A stretch of 64,000 nt of DNA from Gammaproteobacteria bacterium (lineage in GTDB: Bacteria > Pseudomonadota > Gammaproteobacteria > CAJXQU01): positions 1,984,001-2,048,000 of the forward strand of contig CBDEGZ010000003.1 in assembly GCA_965238175.1 (NCBI GenBank). The letters are read 5' to 3'. Below, piece by piece: positions 1 through 11,577 of this stretch; position 1 is the first letter of the stretch, and each line of letters begins with the position of its first letter. The translations under genes and the position numbers were made by a program. The notes under the pieces are model-generated. The model worked only from the letters and a program-made list of their open reading frames with translations. It was not told the origin of the DNA and ran no database searches.

Positions 1-1559
1 GTGTGCTGCAATTTTTCAAAATGATAACGTCCAGTGTGCAATGAGCTTGGTCCAAGCCGAACAAATTTAAACATTAGAAAAACTTCTATCACCAGCAAAA
101 TGCTGTAGAAGACGATAAATGCGATCAGACTGTTATACACATCACTATACTCTAATGAGGAAACTGCTAATGCTGTGGGTAAAATTTCTCCCACCGCCCA
201 AGGTTGACGCCCAAATTCTGCGACAAACCAGCCACATTCAATCGCGATCCAGGGCAGCGGTAAACTGAGAAAGCATAACCAGAGTAACCAGCGCTTATTG
301 AACGACGATCGTTTAGCGGTGTAGTAGAACGCCAGGAAAAATACAGCGAGCATTGCAAAGCCACATGCAACCATTATGCGAAAGGCGAAAAACAAGGGCG
401 CGACTTTAGGAATACTATTTTTCGCCGCTAATTTTATTTGTTCTTCGGTGGCATCAACCACATTTTCTGTATATTGTTTTAGTAATAAGGCGTAGCCATA
501 GTCTTTGCTTAATTCATTTTTAAAGCGCATTTTTTCCACTTCAGATGCATTACCCTTTTTGATCTTGTTTACCAGATCGTAAGCGACAATTCCATTTCTG
601 ATCCGTTGCTCATTGTCTTTAATGATATCTTTTAGGCCGGTGACTTCTTCAGTGAAAGATCGAGTGGCGATAATTCCCATTACGTAAGGAATTTTTATCG
701 CTGAATGCGTTTCTTGTGCTTCTTGATCTGGGAAGCCAAATAAAGTGAACGCGGCGGGTGCTTCTTCTGTCTCCCATTCTGCTTCAATCGCGGCCAGTTT
801 ATATTTCTGTAACGCACCTGTTTCATATCCGCTTTCATCACCCAATAAAATAACGGAGCAGACACCAGCCATTCCGAATCCTGCCGCAACAGCAAATGAT
901 CGTTTTGCAAAACCAATATCTCGGCCTTTTAACAAATACCAGGCGCTGATGCTAAGAATGAACATTGAGCCGGCAACATAACCACTGGCTACCGTATGAA
1001 TAAATTTAACCTGGGCAACAGGGTTGAGCAAAATTTCTGTAAAACTGGTCATTTCCATACGCATGGTTTCGATATTCAGTTCTGCGCCAACCGGATTTTG
1101 CATCCAACCATTTGCGATCAAAATCCATAAAGCCGAAAAGTTGGTGCCGATGGCCATTAACCAGGTCACCACCATATGTTGAACACGCGACATGCGATCC
1201 CAGCCGAAAAAAAACATGCCAACAAAGGTTGATTCAAGGAAAAATGCCATTAAGCCTTCAATCGCTAATGGTGCACCAAATATATCACCGACATAATGCG
1301 AGTAGTAAGACCAGTTTGTCCCGAAAGAGAATTCCATTGTCAGACCCGTTGCAACACCCAGTGCAAAGTTAATTCCAAACAACTTGCCCCAGAATTTGAC
1401 CATGTCTTGATAAACTTGTCGGCCTGTCATTACGTAGACAGACTCCATGATCGCGAGAAGGAAGGTCATACCAAGTGTCAGTGGAACGAACAGGAAATGG
1501 TATAAAGCAACAACGGCGAACTGAAGTCGTGAAATTTCGACAAGTTCTTCAGTTATCAT
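1..1559 (-). CDS. cydA: Cytochrome bd ubiquinol oxidase subunit I (stop codon just beyond the left edge)
   Basis: Manual minus-strand translation from ATG 1559: MITEELVEISRLQFAVVALYHFLFVPLTLG...FWGKLFGINFALGVATGLTMEF...GPSSLHTGRYHFEK. Missing from the ORF track because there is no stop in the window. Confidence 0.95.
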   Translation of the reverse strand, partial: MITEELVEISRLQFAVVALYHFLFVPLTLGMTFLLAIMESVYVMTGRQVYQDMVKFWGKLFGINFALGVATGLTMEFSFGTNWSYYSHYVGDIFGAPLAIEGLMAFFLESTFVGMFFFGWDRMSRVQHMVVTWLMAIGTNFSALWILIANGWMQNPVGAELNIETMRMEMTSFTEILLNPVAQVKFIHTVASGYVAGSMFILSISAWYLLKGRDIGFAKRSFAVAAGFGMAGVCSVILLGDESGYETGALQKYKLAAIEAEWETEEAPAAFTLFGFPDQEAQETHSAIKIPYVMGIIATRSFTEEVTGLKDIIKDNEQRIRNGIVAYDLVNKIKKGNASEVEKMRFKNELSKDYGYALLLKQYTENVVDATEEQIKLAAKNSIPKVAPLFFAFRIMVACGFAMLAVFFLAFYYTAKRSSFNKRWLLWLCFLSLPLPWIAIECGWFVAEFGRQPWAVGEILPTALAVSSLEYSDVYNSLIAFIVFYSILLVIEVFLMFKFVRLGPSSLHTGRYHFEKLQH

Positions 1560-1718
1560 ATTTTATGTCCCCAGTTTGTTTGAGCCTTAAATCAGACTGG
1601 CCACGTTTGTGAATTGCAGTATTATTCTAATGTAAGGAGCCTAATCAATGGAAGGCTTTTTGCTGTTACTACGACAAGTCGTTACTATGGATAATAATTT
1701 ATATATTTTCAGAGTCAT

Positions 1719-2909
1719 ATGAAATCAATTAAAAGTAATTCCTCATCATTGCCCTTAATGAAGGAAATGTTTACAGGCCTAATTGCAGCACCTTCAGTGA
1801 GCAGTGTGAACTCCGAATTTGATATGGGAAATAAGGCGGTTATTGATCAACTCGCAGAGTGGTTGTCTGGTTTGGGTTTTGATATCGAATTACAGCAAAT
1901 TTCTGATCAACCACAAAAATTTAATTTGATCGCAACTCTTGGCAAAGATCAGACAAATGAAAACGACGGTTTCATTCTTGCAGGACACACTGATACCGTT
2001 CCTTTTGATGAGAGTCTGTGGAAAAGCGATCCGTTTAAATTAACTGAGCGCGAAGATCGTTTCTATGGATTAGGCACATCTGATATGAAAGGTTTTTTCC
2101 CTTTAGTGCTGGAGGCGCTACGTGAAATTAATCTAGATAAAATTTCTAAGCCATTGATTATATTAGCAACAGCAGATGAAGAAAGTACCATGGCGGGTGC
2201 ACAAGCTTTGGTAAAGCAAAACAAGCTACGTGCACGTTATGCCATAATCGGAGAGCCGACCGGTTTACGTCCTATTCGAATGCATAAAGGTGTGATGATG
2301 GAGTCGATCATTGTTCATGGTCAGTCCGGACATTCTAGTAACCCTGCATATGGTAATAACGCGATGGAAGGGATGCATCAAGTCATTGGTGAGCTACTTT
2401 CCTGGCGAAATCAATTACAGGAAAAATATCAGGAATCACTATTTGAGGTGGATATTCCAACCATGAACTTAGGACATATTCACGGTGGTGATAACCCAAA
2501 CCGAATTTGTGGTGAGTGCGAGTTACAAATTGATCTAAGATTATTACCTGATATGGAAGTTGAGATATTAAGAGACTCATTAAATCAAAGAGTTGCTAAC
2601 GTTCTTGCAGATTCTGGGTTAACATATAGTATTCGATCTTTAACGGATCCTGTACCTGCATTATTTACGCAAGCAGATTCGTCAATTGTGGTTGCAGCAG
2701 AAAAGTTCAGTAATAAAAAGGCAGGGAGCGTGGCTTTTGCAACAGAAGGACCATTTTTAGATCAAATGGGAATTGAAACGGTGATTATGGGGGCTGGGGA
2801 TATTGATCAAGCGCATCAGCCTGATGAATATGTTGCTCTGAACCGACTTGAACCTATGGTCGAGATATTGAAAAACATGATTTATGAATTTTGTATTGAT
2901 AGCAAATAA
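1719..2909 (+). CDS. argE: Acetylornithine deacetylase (M20 family)
   Basis: GHTDTVP, GTSDMKG, DEE, GEPT and AHQPDE motifs; adjacent to argA. Confidence 0.92.
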   Translation: MKSIKSNSSSLPLMKEMFTGLIAAPSVSSVNSEFDMGNKAVIDQLAEWLSGLGFDIELQQISDQPQKFNLIATLGKDQTNENDGFILAGHTDTVPFDESLWKSDPFKLTEREDRFYGLGTSDMKGFFPLVLEALREINLDKISKPLIILATADEESTMAGAQALVKQNKLRARYAIIGEPTGLRPIRMHKGVMMESIIVHGQSGHSSNPAYGNNAMEGMHQVIGELLSWRNQLQEKYQESLFEVDIPTMNLGHIHGGDNPNRICGECELQIDLRLLPDMEVEILRDSLNQRVANVLADSGLTYSIRSLTDPVPALFTQADSSIVVAAEKFSNKKAGSVAFATEGPFLDQMGIETVIMGAGDIDQAHQPDEYVALNRLEPMVEILKNMIYEFCIDSK

Positions 2910-2946
2910 CGAGTTAAAGCTCCATAGAAATTAAAGATAGGTATTA

Positions 2947-4263
2947 GTGATAGATAAAGAAATGAATAATTTTGATCCACAATTTGTTGAATGGTTTCGA
3001 TCGGCATCTCCTTATATACATATGCACAGAGGAAGTACGGTCGTTGTCTATTTTGGTGGTGAAGCTTTGGGAACAGACGAGTTTCCACATTTAATTCATG
3101 ATCTGGCCTTGCTATCCAGTTTGGGTATGAAGCTCATTGTTGTGCACGGTGCTCGTCCACAAATTGAAGATCGACTCAAAATAAATGATATAGCTACCAA
3201 CTACTCACAGGGTTTAAGGGTGACTGATCTTGATTCATTGAGCTGCGTAAAAGAGGCGGTTGGCGCAACGAGAGTTGAGATAGAGGCATTGTTTTCAACA
3301 GGCATTGTCAACTCACCGATGGCGGGCGCACAGATCCAGGTTGCTTCCGGAAATTTTGTCACGGCAAAACCTTTGGGTGTGCGTGAAGGTATCGATTTTT
3401 GTCATACCGGAGAAGTAAGACGAATTGATGCAGAGGCTATCACTCGACGTTTAGATTGTGGCGAAATTGTATTGATCTCACCGGTGGGTTATTCACCGAC
3501 AGGTGAAGTTTTTAATTTGAGTTCGTTTGATGTCGCATCCTCAGTTGCCGTTGCATTAAAAGCCGATAAGTTGATTCTGTTGACGGAAGGTGAGAAGTGT
3601 CTCAATGCGGCTGGAAATAAATTGCAGCAGATGACACAGAAAGAAGTTGAAGCTTGTTTGGAGAATGATAACCAGGTTTCCGAATTACTTTGTGCGCTAG
3701 CCGCCAGTCAACATGGTGTTGAACGTGTTCACTTAATAGATCGTGCAATTTCAGGTGGCTTGTTGTTGGAATTGTTCACCAGAGATGGAGTTGGGACATT
3801 ATTAAGTGCGATTTCTTACGATGAGCTTCATCAGGCAACCGTTGATGATATTGGTGGCATTTTGGAATTGCTTTCACCTCTTGAGAAAGCCGGAGCTTTG
3901 GCTAAACGTTCTCGTGAAAAGCTTGAGATTGAAATTGATCATTTCACCGTGATGAAACGTGATCACGCGATTATCGCTTGTGGCGCTTTATATCCATATC
4001 AGGATGAGAATCTTGCTGAGCTGGCATGCATTGCTGTTGATGATGAATATCGAGATTCAGGAAGAGGGGAGATATTACTCAAGATCCTTGAGAAACAAGC
4101 TCGCGAAATGAATATTGCTCAGCTATTTGTGCTGACTACGCATACAGCACATTGGTTTCTTGAGCATGGTTTTTCAGAAGGGGAAATTAGCAATTTACCC
4201 AAGGAGAGACAGTCGTTGTATAACTTTCAGCGAAATTCGAAGGTTTTTTTTAAGGCTGTTTAA
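2947..4263 (+). CDS. argA: Amino-acid N-acetyltransferase (N-acetylglutamate synthase)
   Basis: WFRSASPYI, HGARPQIE, LELFTRDG, C-terminal GNAT ending YNFQRNSKV. Confidence 0.95.
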   Translation: MIDKEMNNFDPQFVEWFRSASPYIHMHRGSTVVVYFGGEALGTDEFPHLIHDLALLSSLGMKLIVVHGARPQIEDRLKINDIATNYSQGLRVTDLDSLSCVKEAVGATRVEIEALFSTGIVNSPMAGAQIQVASGNFVTAKPLGVREGIDFCHTGEVRRIDAEAITRRLDCGEIVLISPVGYSPTGEVFNLSSFDVASSVAVALKADKLILLTEGEKCLNAAGNKLQQMTQKEVEACLENDNQVSELLCALAASQHGVERVHLIDRAISGGLLLELFTRDGVGTLLSAISYDELHQATVDDIGGILELLSPLEKAGALAKRSREKLEIEIDHFTVMKRDHAIIACGALYPYQDENLAELACIAVDDEYRDSGRGEILLKILEKQAREMNIAQLFVLTTHTAHWFLEHGFSEGEISNLPKERQSLYNFQRNSKVFFKAV

Positions 4264-4411
4264 CAATTAAAACAGAACTTCATTGATTTACTTGCTTGGT
4301 AAATTACTCTCAATTTGACAGAATAATCTCTGTCTCTCCGTGTTAAAACTGCTTCGTGATAAGTCAATTTAAACGCTCAATTTTCTAATAAGATCCTAAA
4401 CTAATAGTACT

Positions 4412-5107
4412 TTAGACTTGAGTTAAAATCCCGTCTTCAAGTTTTAATACTCGATCCATGCGGTGAGCTAGATTAATGTCATGGGTGACGATCAACAATG
4501 TCGATTTCATTGTTTGATTTAATTCCATAATCAGATCAAAAACATGATCGGCAGTTTCTCGATCAAGATTTCCTGTTGGTTCATCCGCAAGTAGACATTT
4601 GGGTTTTGTGATCAATGCTCGGGCAATTGCAGCTCTTTGGCGTTCACCACCAGAAAGTTCTCCGGGTTTATGATCCAATCTTTCCGCTAACCCAACCTTT
4701 TCAAGAATTGTACTGGATTCGGTTTTTGCATCTTTAACACTCTTTCCGGCAATTAACAGGGGCATTGCTACATTTTCTTCTGCTGTGAATTCAGGTAGAA
4801 GATGATGAAATTGATAGACGAAACCTAAACTACGATTTCGAAGTTTGCCGCGTTCAGCCTCATTCAAGTCGTTCATCTTTTCACCATCGACCAACACTTC
4901 ACCTGATGATGGAAGATCAAGCCCTCCTAGCAAATGTAGTAAGGTACTTTTACCAGAGCCGGAAGATCCAATGATTGCAACACTCTCGCTTGCTTTCAAT
5001 TCGAGATCCACGCCTTTTAAGACGTCAACATGTAACGGGCCTTCTTGAAAAGACATAGCGAGATCATGACAAGCTAATAACGTATCGTTTTCCATTACAT
5101 CACTCAT
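4412..5107 (-). CDS. lolD: Lipoprotein-releasing ABC transporter ATPase
   Basis: [35 protein letters not shown]; start moved to ATG 5107, which overlaps the permease stop. Confidence 0.93.
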   Translation of the reverse strand: MSDVMENDTLLACHDLAMSFQEGPLHVDVLKGVDLELKASESVAIIGSSGSGKSTLLHLLGGLDLPSSGEVLVDGEKMNDLNEAERGKLRNRSLGFVYQFHHLLPEFTAEENVAMPLLIAGKSVKDAKTESSTILEKVGLAERLDHKPGELSGGERQRAAIARALITKPKCLLADEPTGNLDRETADHVFDLIMELNQTMKSTLLIVTHDINLAHRMDRVLKLEDGILTQV

Positions 5108-6347
5108 AGCGAAGAGCCTCAGCCGGCTGTGTTTTTGCCGCTTTCCATGCAGGGTAAATGGTAGCAAGCAAACATAGAATAAAGGCAACTAAGCCAATTT
5201 TGAACACCTCATCCCATTGCAAATCGGATGGGACGCCACTAATCACATAAACTGCAGGATCCATGATAATGGTATTAAAAGTATCCTCAATCCAAGGAAC
5301 TACGTTTTTTATATTTAGTGCTAAAACTACGCCTCCAATAATGCCAAGGAAGGTACCAATCAAACCAATGATTACGCCTTGGACAACGAAGATCCACATA
5401 ATACTTCGAGGAGTTACTCCTAATGTACGGAGGATAGCGACATCAGCTTGTTTATCGGTAACAACCATCACCAAGGTTGAGACAATATTAAATGCGGCAA
5501 CCGCAATAATCAGTGTCAGAATTACAAACATGACCATTTGTTCCAACTTTATAGCGGCGAAAAAATTCTTGTGGTACTGAGTCCAGTCAACAACACCATA
5601 ACGACCGGGAAGCTGCTTAACGATATCACGACTGATAGCTGGAGCATTAAACATATCATCGAGTTTAAGACGAATTCCACTGACACCCTCTTTGATTTTG
5701 AAAAGTTTTTTTGCGTCCTCAATATGAATGATAGCCATTTGAGAGTCATATTCATTCATGCCGACTTTAAAAATCCCTGCCACGGTAAATCGTTTCAATC
5801 GTGGGACAATACCTGCCGGTGTCGAATTTGGCTGAGGAGCTATGATCGTTACCTTATCACCAACGTTTGCACGGAGCGTATTTGCAAGGGCGTAACCCAG
5901 GACAAGATTAAAACTGCCTGGTTTTAGATCGGTTAGTTGGCCTTGCTCCATTTTATCCGCCACTTCAGAAACTTCTGATTCTTTTTCCGGAAGTACCCCT
6001 CTAATTAACGCACCTTGAACACTCTGACCATTAGTTAACATCGCTTGAGTTCGTACAAAAGGCGCAGTACCTAAAACATGTGGTTGTTGTTTAAGGGTAT
6101 CTTCGAGGCTCTTCCAATTCCGTAGTGCTCGTCCTGGTTCTACGATACTGGCGTGAGCTGTCATACCTAAAATACGATCACGAAGTTCTTTTTCAAAACC
6201 ATTCATGACCGAAAGGACAACAATTAAGGCCATTACCCCGATTGCGACACCCAACATGGATGAGAGGGAGATAAAAGAAATAAAGTGGTTTCGGCGTTTG
6301 GCGCGGGTATATCTCAGGCCGATACTGAGTTCTATGGGTCGAAACAT
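5100..6347 (-). CDS. Lipoprotein-releasing ABC transporter permease (single LolC/LolE/LolF-type)
   Basis: [40 protein letters not shown]. Confidence 0.92.
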   Translation of the reverse strand: MFRPIELSIGLRYTRAKRRNHFISFISLSSMLGVAIGVMALIVVLSVMNGFEKELRDRILGMTAHASIVEPGRALRNWKSLEDTLKQQPHVLGTAPFVRTQAMLTNGQSVQGALIRGVLPEKESEVSEVADKMEQGQLTDLKPGSFNLVLGYALANTLRANVGDKVTIIAPQPNSTPAGIVPRLKRFTVAGIFKVGMNEYDSQMAIIHIEDAKKLFKIKEGVSGIRLKLDDMFNAPAISRDIVKQLPGRYGVVDWTQYHKNFFAAIKLEQMVMFVILTLIIAVAAFNIVSTLVMVVTDKQADVAILRTLGVTPRSIMWIFVVQGVIIGLIGTFLGIIGGVVLALNIKNVVPWIEDTFNTIIMDPAVYVISGVPSDLQWDEVFKIGLVAFILCLLATIYPAWKAAKTQPAEALRYE

Positions 6348-6407
6348 GGCTGCATTATAAGGCCCGTTCTTGTGTTTGCCTAATGAAACAAGATAGTCTA
6401 TTCACCC

Positions 6408-7076
6408 ATGAAGATATTAGCCTTAGATACTTCAACCGAAGCCTGTTCTGTAGCGCTTTGTTATGAAAAAAAAGTCATTTTTCGTTACGAGATTGCAGCG
6501 CAAAAACATACTCAATTGATCTTACCGATGATCGATGAGCTGATGACGGAAGCTTGTTTAAAACCAACACAACTCGATGCATTGGCTTTTGGCCGTGGCC
6601 CAGGCGCTTTTACGGGTGTGCGAATCGCGACAGGTATAGTTCAGGGGATTGCCTTTGCCGCGGACCTACCGGTGATCCCAGTTTCGTCATTAGTCACACT
6701 TGCTCAAGGTTGTTGGCGAGAGCATGGCGTCGAAAAAGTGATCAGTGTTATTGATGCCCGAATGGGAGAAGTTTACTGGGGTCATTTTCAATTAGAAAAT
6801 AAGGTAATGGTCGCATGTGCTGAAGAAGCTGTTTCAAGCCCTGATAAAATTATAAAACCCAAAGGGGAAGGGTGGTTTGGAGCAGGAAGTGGATGGGCAA
6901 GTTATGAAGAGCAACTATCTAAGCATCTAAGTACTCAAATAGTTAAAACTGATCTAAATACATATCCGCATGCTATCGATATGATTGAGCTGGCTAAAGA
7001 CGCTTTTAGTCATGGCGAAATAATTAGTGCAGAACAAGCTCATCCAGTTTATTTAAGGGATAATGTCACATCCTGA
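6408..7076 (+). CDS. tsaB: tRNA threonylcarbamoyladenosine biosynthesis protein
   Basis: ILALDTSTEACS, GPGAFTGVRI, IDARMGEVY, PVYLR. Confidence 0.95.
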   Translation: MKILALDTSTEACSVALCYEKKVIFRYEIAAQKHTQLILPMIDELMTEACLKPTQLDALAFGRGPGAFTGVRIATGIVQGIAFAADLPVIPVSSLVTLAQGCWREHGVEKVISVIDARMGEVYWGHFQLENKVMVACAEEAVSSPDKIIKPKGEGWFGAGSGWASYEEQLSKHLSTQIVKTDLNTYPHAIDMIELAKDAFSHGEIISAEQAHPVYLRDNVTS

Positions 7077-7840
7077 TCCAAACGATTTACGCCAGTTTCA
7101 AAGCTCCCATTGCTACCTAATTTGAACCAGCGATAGCCAGGTTTATTTTCTATATCAACATCAAAGTCTTTTGCTTCAGGTGTGTATTGAACACAAGTAG
7201 AAGGTGTTGCGTATAATTCGACACCGTTTCTAATTTGAGAAAACTCTTGATGATTATGTCCCCAGGAAACACATCTAACATGATCATGTTGATCGATTAC
7301 GGCAAAAAATTCATCTGCATTTTCTAACCTCATCGAATCCATCCATTTACTACCGATCAAAACAGGCTGGTGGTGGAAGAAAATTAGTGCATTCTGATCT
7401 TGGCAACCTTTTAAGCCCTTATCTAATTCAGTAAGTTCTTCGCTGGTAAAATAACCGCTGCGTTCTTGTGGATTATGCGTGTTTAGTGAGAAAACCACCC
7501 AATGATTAAAATCAATCTGTTGTTTAACATTTCCTACCAACAACCTCTCCATTAATTTTGGATCATCATGATTGCCGGGCAGATAATTTATTTTCTGATC
7601 GAATTCTTTTAATAAATCTAAAACGAGTTTATAAGCCGCAGGTTCTGGCTCCTGTACTAAATCTCCCGTGACGAACATAAGATCAAAACGGGAAAATTGT
7701 TGTTTAATTTGTTGAATTACTAACTGCAAAGAAAATGCAGGGTTAACACCGTTAAACTCATCCACTTTATTTGTAAAAATATGTAAATCTGAGATCTGGA
7801 TCAACACAAGATCTGCGTGATTTTGTTTGTTGATGTTCAT
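7049..7840 (-). CDS. cpdA: 3',5'-cyclic AMP phosphodiesterase (metallophosphoesterase)
   Basis: SDLH, TGDL, PGNHD, HHQP, GHNHQ, PSTCVQ, PGYRW. Confidence 0.85.
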   Translation of the reverse strand: MNINKQNHADLVLIQISDLHIFTNKVDEFNGVNPAFSLQLVIQQIKQQFSRFDLMFVTGDLVQEPEPAAYKLVLDLLKEFDQKINYLPGNHDDPKLMERLLVGNVKQQIDFNHWVVFSLNTHNPQERSGYFTSEELTELDKGLKGCQDQNALIFFHHQPVLIGSKWMDSMRLENADEFFAVIDQHDHVRCVSWGHNHQEFSQIRNGVELYATPSTCVQYTPEAKDFDVDIENKPGYRWFKLGSNGSFETGVNRLDQDVTLSLK

Positions 7841-8033
7841 TCTAGCTTACTCGGGATAAGGTGATGAAAAGACGATACATATAAAATTTAATGACAGCTT
7901 ATCCACAGGATATATACATCTAATTAACAAGGCAATATACAATATGTCGTGGTTTTGGTCTATCTTGACCACAGTAAATTGTATGTGTATCTTCTGGCTC
8001 ACATCTTTTCTAACCGTTTTGGAGAAAGGTTTT

Positions 8034-8399
8034 ATGAGTACTTCTTTTAAAGAAGCCACTGAGCTACTCTCAGATCTTCAAGAAATTGAAATAACCAACA
8101 ACAAATCTTCTGACAAAACAATTCAAGATAATTTAAATAAACAATTATCAATTACGAACCCTGATAATTTGGTTTCAGACAAAGCTCACAACATAAGTGC
8201 ATTATCGCTGGATCATTGTGGCTCACAAGAATTGATCCATTGTTACCAGTTAGCATTAGATTTTGGTGTTCCAACCGCAAGACGTGCACTAGCCATTTAT
8301 CAATCGAGAGTTTCTTTAGTTAAAAACATCAACGATGAACAGATCGATAACGATAAAGAGCAAATATCACCTGACCAAGAAAAATTGCCGGGTTTTTGA
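8034..8399 (+). CDS. Hypothetical protein
   Basis: ORF 7944-8399; more likely start at ATG 8034 after GGAG/AAGG; no recognisable motif. Confidence 0.55.
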   Translation: MSTSFKEATELLSDLQEIEITNNKSSDKTIQDNLNKQLSITNPDNLVSDKAHNISALSLDHCGSQELIHCYQLALDFGVPTARRALAIYQSRVSLVKNINDEQIDNDKEQISPDQEKLPGF

Positions 8400-8410
8400 T
8401 CGTTTTCTAA

Positions 8411-8887
8411 TTACTTTTCACGCGTCCAGTGGCCGGATTTTCCGCCGGATTTCTCTAGTAAGCCGACAGCCTCAATTGACATACCTCGATCAACGGCTTT
8501 GCACATGTCGTAAATCGTGAGAAGGCAAACCTGGGTTGCGGTGAGAGCTTCCATTTCAACACCGGTTTTTCCATCGGTTTCAACAACCACAGTACATTCT
8601 ATAGTATTTCCATTGATGGGTACGAGCTCAATTTCCACATGCGCTATTGGAATCGGATGGCATAAAGGGATCAGATCGGCGGTTTTTTTTGCTGCCATAA
8701 TACCGGCAATTCTAGCAATGCCTAAAACATCGCCTTTCTTGTGGCCACCTTCCATGATCAATTTTAATGTCTCGGGTAGCATCACAATACGCCCCGTGGT
8801 TTTTGCTAGCCGATGGGTAATGTCTTTTTCACCAACGTTGACCATATGGGCATCGCCGGACTGATTAAAGTGGGTAAGTTTGCTCAT
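8411..8887 (-). CDS. moaC: Cyclic pyranopterin monophosphate synthase
   Basis: [36 protein letters not shown]. Confidence 0.96.
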   Translation of the reverse strand: MSKLTHFNQSGDAHMVNVGEKDITHRLAKTTGRIVMLPETLKLIMEGGHKKGDVLGIARIAGIMAAKKTADLIPLCHPIPIAHVEIELVPINGNTIECTVVVETDGKTGVEMEALTATQVCLLTIYDMCKAVDRGMSIEAVGLLEKSGGKSGHWTREK

Positions 8888-8949
8888 AAAATAAATATAA
8901 CAGCCTTTAGGTATGTTTTGATTGTGTAGGTCGATTATAATTCAAATCT

Positions 8950-9183
8950 ATGACTATCACGGTAAAGTTTTTTGCAAGTTTAAGTGAACAGCTGGGAAAA
9001 CGAGAAGTTTCACTAGCGCCAGTTCACGAAATGACACTTGAACAAGTTTGGTATGAGGCTACGGATAAAGCCGATATACCGGCAAAACTATTAATGGCTA
9101 TCAATATGGAATATGCAAAACCAGAGTCGTTGGTTAAGGATAATGATGAGGTGGCCTTTTTCCCACCGGTGACGGGCGGCTAG
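8950..9183 (+). CDS. moaD: Molybdopterin synthase sulfur carrier subunit
   Basis: Ubiquitin-like fold ending VAFFPPVTGG. Confidence 0.95.
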   Translation: MTITVKFFASLSEQLGKREVSLAPVHEMTLEQVWYEATDKADIPAKLLMAINMEYAKPESLVKDNDEVAFFPPVTGG

Positions 9184-9190
9184 CAAGTAC

Positions 9191-9621
9191 ATGCATATTG
9201 AGATACATACTGAATCATTTGATCCGTGGCATGAGTTGAGTCTATACCAACGACGCTTATCGAAAGGGCAATATGGTGGTACCGCTGTTTTTGTTGGAAC
9301 GATGCGTGATTTTAATGATGATCAAACTGTACAAAAAATGACTCTGGAGCATTATCCAGGCATGACTGAAAAACATCTTGAGAAATTTGCCTACGGGCAA
9401 TTGATCAGTGGCAGTTGGTGGATGCAATGATCCTTCATCGTGTCGGTGAGATCCTTCCCAGCGATTCGATCGTTGTTGTTGCGGCCTGGTCAGCACATCG
9501 TAAAGAAGCATTTGAAGCCAGTCGATTTATGATCGAAGATTTAAAACATTCAGCTCCTTTTTGGAAGAAAGAAAAAAACGTCGATGGAACACGTTGGGTG
9601 GAAAACAACACGCCATCTTGA
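9191..9621 (+). pseudogene. moaE: Molybdopterin synthase catalytic subunit with a 1-nt frameshift near 9383 (possible assembly error)
   Basis: LEHYPGMTEK in ORF 9191-9430; HRVG, AHRKEAFEA and APFWKKE in ORF 9415-9621; one extra A in GAGAAATTTGC rejoins them. Confidence 0.88.
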
Positions 9622-9688
9622 AATAATAGATCATGAAAATACTACCTTTTAAAAAATAATTACTAACTTATCAGGTTTACACTCGGGA

Positions 9689-10438
9689 ATGGAAAATCAA
9701 AATTTATATAAGCCAATATTGCTTGGTGTCAATATTGATCATATTGCCACCGTAAGACAAGCTCGTGGCACGCGTTATCCTGATCCTGTTCAAGCCGCTA
9801 TAGAGGCTGAGCAAGCTGGTGCAGATGGTATTACCGTCCATCTACGTGAAGATCGTCGCCATATTCAGGATCGTGATGTGGAAATTCTGAACGAGGTTTT
9901 ACAAACTCGGATGAATCTTGAAATGGCGGTTACGAACGAAATGATCACAATTGCCGAGAGAATCAAACCTGCTCACTGTTGTTTAGTACCAGAAAAAAGA
10001 CAAGAGTTAACTACTGAAGGCGGGCTCGATATTGTTGGCCAGAAAGACAAGGTAAAAAATGCCTGTGCAAGATTAGCCGATGCCGGTATCGAAGTTTCGT
10101 TATTCATTGATGCAGATCAACAACAAATAGAAACCGCCGCTGAAGTTGGCGCTCCAGCTATTGAGATCCATACAGGTCATTTTGCAAATTGTACTGACCA
10201 AAGCGAAGCGGCAGTGCAGTTAAAAGAAATTATTTCAGGAGCTGAAAAAGGGTGTGAAGCAGGTTTAATCGTTAATGCAGGGCATGGGCTTAATTATCAT
10301 AATGTTGAAGAGATCGCAGCTATTTCGCAAATTAATGAATTGAACATTGGCCATGCTTTAATCGCCAGGGCGATGTTTACGGGTTTGTCAGAAGCAGTTA
10401 AAGAAATGAAGCGGGTTATGCGAGAAGCAAGAACATGA
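9689..10438 (+). CDS. pdxJ: Pyridoxine 5'-phosphate synthase
   Basis: [37 protein letters not shown]. Confidence 0.97.
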   Translation: MENQNLYKPILLGVNIDHIATVRQARGTRYPDPVQAAIEAEQAGADGITVHLREDRRHIQDRDVEILNEVLQTRMNLEMAVTNEMITIAERIKPAHCCLVPEKRQELTTEGGLDIVGQKDKVKNACARLADAGIEVSLFIDADQQQIETAAEVGAPAIEIHTGHFANCTDQSEAAVQLKEIISGAEKGCEAGLIVNAGHGLNYHNVEEIAAISQINELNIGHALIARAMFTGLSEAVKEMKRVMREART

Positions 10439-10812
10439 TCTTTGGTATCGGTGTCGATATCGTACAGATTGTTCGTATTCAAAAAGCGATAGAAAATAGT
10501 GGTAAGAGGTTTGCTGAAAAAGTATTGACAGAAGAAGAGTATAAAGAGTTTTTGAGCAATAAAACCCCAACTAACTTTTTGGCCAAACGCTTTGCAGCTA
10601 AAGAAGCATTTTCGAAAGCATTGGGTACAGGTTTTACCGATGGTTTAACATTGAAACAAATACAAGTAACTCACAACGAAGCAGGCCGTCCACTGTTACA
10701 ATTATTTGATGTTGCAAAAGAAAAGGTCGATCAATTAAATATACGACATTGTCATCTTAGTATTTCTGATGAGCGTAAATATGTCGTAGCATTTGTCACG
10801 CTAGAAGAGTGA
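10435..10812 (+). CDS. acpS: Holo-ACP synthase
   Basis: [27 protein letters not shown]; ATGA overlap with pdxJ. Confidence 0.95.
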   Translation: MIFGIGVDIVQIVRIQKAIENSGKRFAEKVLTEEEYKEFLSNKTPTNFLAKRFAAKEAFSKALGTGFTDGLTLKQIQVTHNEAGRPLLQLFDVAKEKVDQLNIRHCHLSISDERKYVVAFVTLEE

Positions 10813-10850
10813 GTTCGATATGAAGTATTGATCGAAAAAAGAGCTGCAAA

Positions 10851-11462
10851 TTATTCAGATCCGTCTTTTTGAAAAATAAGACACCTATTGTTTGCAGGCA
10901 TCGAGATTTCATCGATCAGTTTAAGTTGATTAATGTTAGCCAAACTGATCAGCTTCTCTAAATGCCTAATACCACTTAAAGGATTTTGTCGTTTCAACCA
11001 GACATCGAACTGGGCATTGCTTTCACTTGTATATGTTCCGTTTTTGTTAAAAGGACCGTAACAGCAAAACTTTGCATTAGGCAGCAGGTGTTTTCCTAAA
11101 CGTGAAAACAATATCTCTACTTCCGACCAGCTCATAATGTGTAATGTATTCGCTGTAAAAACTGCTTTCAAATTTTGATGTGGCCAAGGATCATCTCGCA
11201 CATCTAGTTTAATTGGATCCTGAATATTATTGATCTTACCGAGTTGAGCTTCAGATACCCATTGTTGAATGCCTTGTAGATTATCTAACTGATCTGTTGG
11301 CTGCCATATAACGTGTGGTAAATGTTTTGCGAAAAAAGAAGCGTGTTGTCCAGTGCCACTTCCAATTTCAATAAGCTCACAAGGATCATTGAAAACGCGT
11401 TCTAATACATTAAGAATATATTGTTTGTTATTTTCGCAGGCTTGAGAAAAGGGTTTTTTCAT
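10851..11462 (-). CDS. DUF938-type SAM-dependent methyltransferase
   Basis: ACENNK, EIGSGTGQH, YGPF, SNAQFD, MPANN. Confidence 0.85.
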   Translation of the reverse strand: MKKPFSQACENNKQYILNVLERVFNDPCELIEIGSGTGQHASFFAKHLPHVIWQPTDQLDNLQGIQQWVSEAQLGKINNIQDPIKLDVRDDPWPHQNLKAVFTANTLHIMSWSEVEILFSRLGKHLLPNAKFCCYGPFNKNGTYTSESNAQFDVWLKRQNPLSGIRHLEKLISLANINQLKLIDEISMPANNRCLIFQKDGSE

Positions 11463-11577
11463 GACTGTTCTGATTATAAATTGAATGTTTATCTTTATGG
11501 GTAGTAATATGCCTATTATTTATTACAAAGTCTGCAAAAATTTAGATGGCTATAGAAAATAAAAGCGACAGAGCGTT

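Noticed and set aside
167-1505. Five short ORFs from the track
   Set aside because: They are shadow frames of cydA, which the track missed
1663-1688. ACGAC-AA-GTCGT palindrome with GTTACTA repeats between cydA and argE
   Set aside because: Could be a redox-regulator site, but it is too short to assign
7899-7907. Perfect DnaA box TTATCCACA
   Set aside because: Single box with no cluster or oriC gene context
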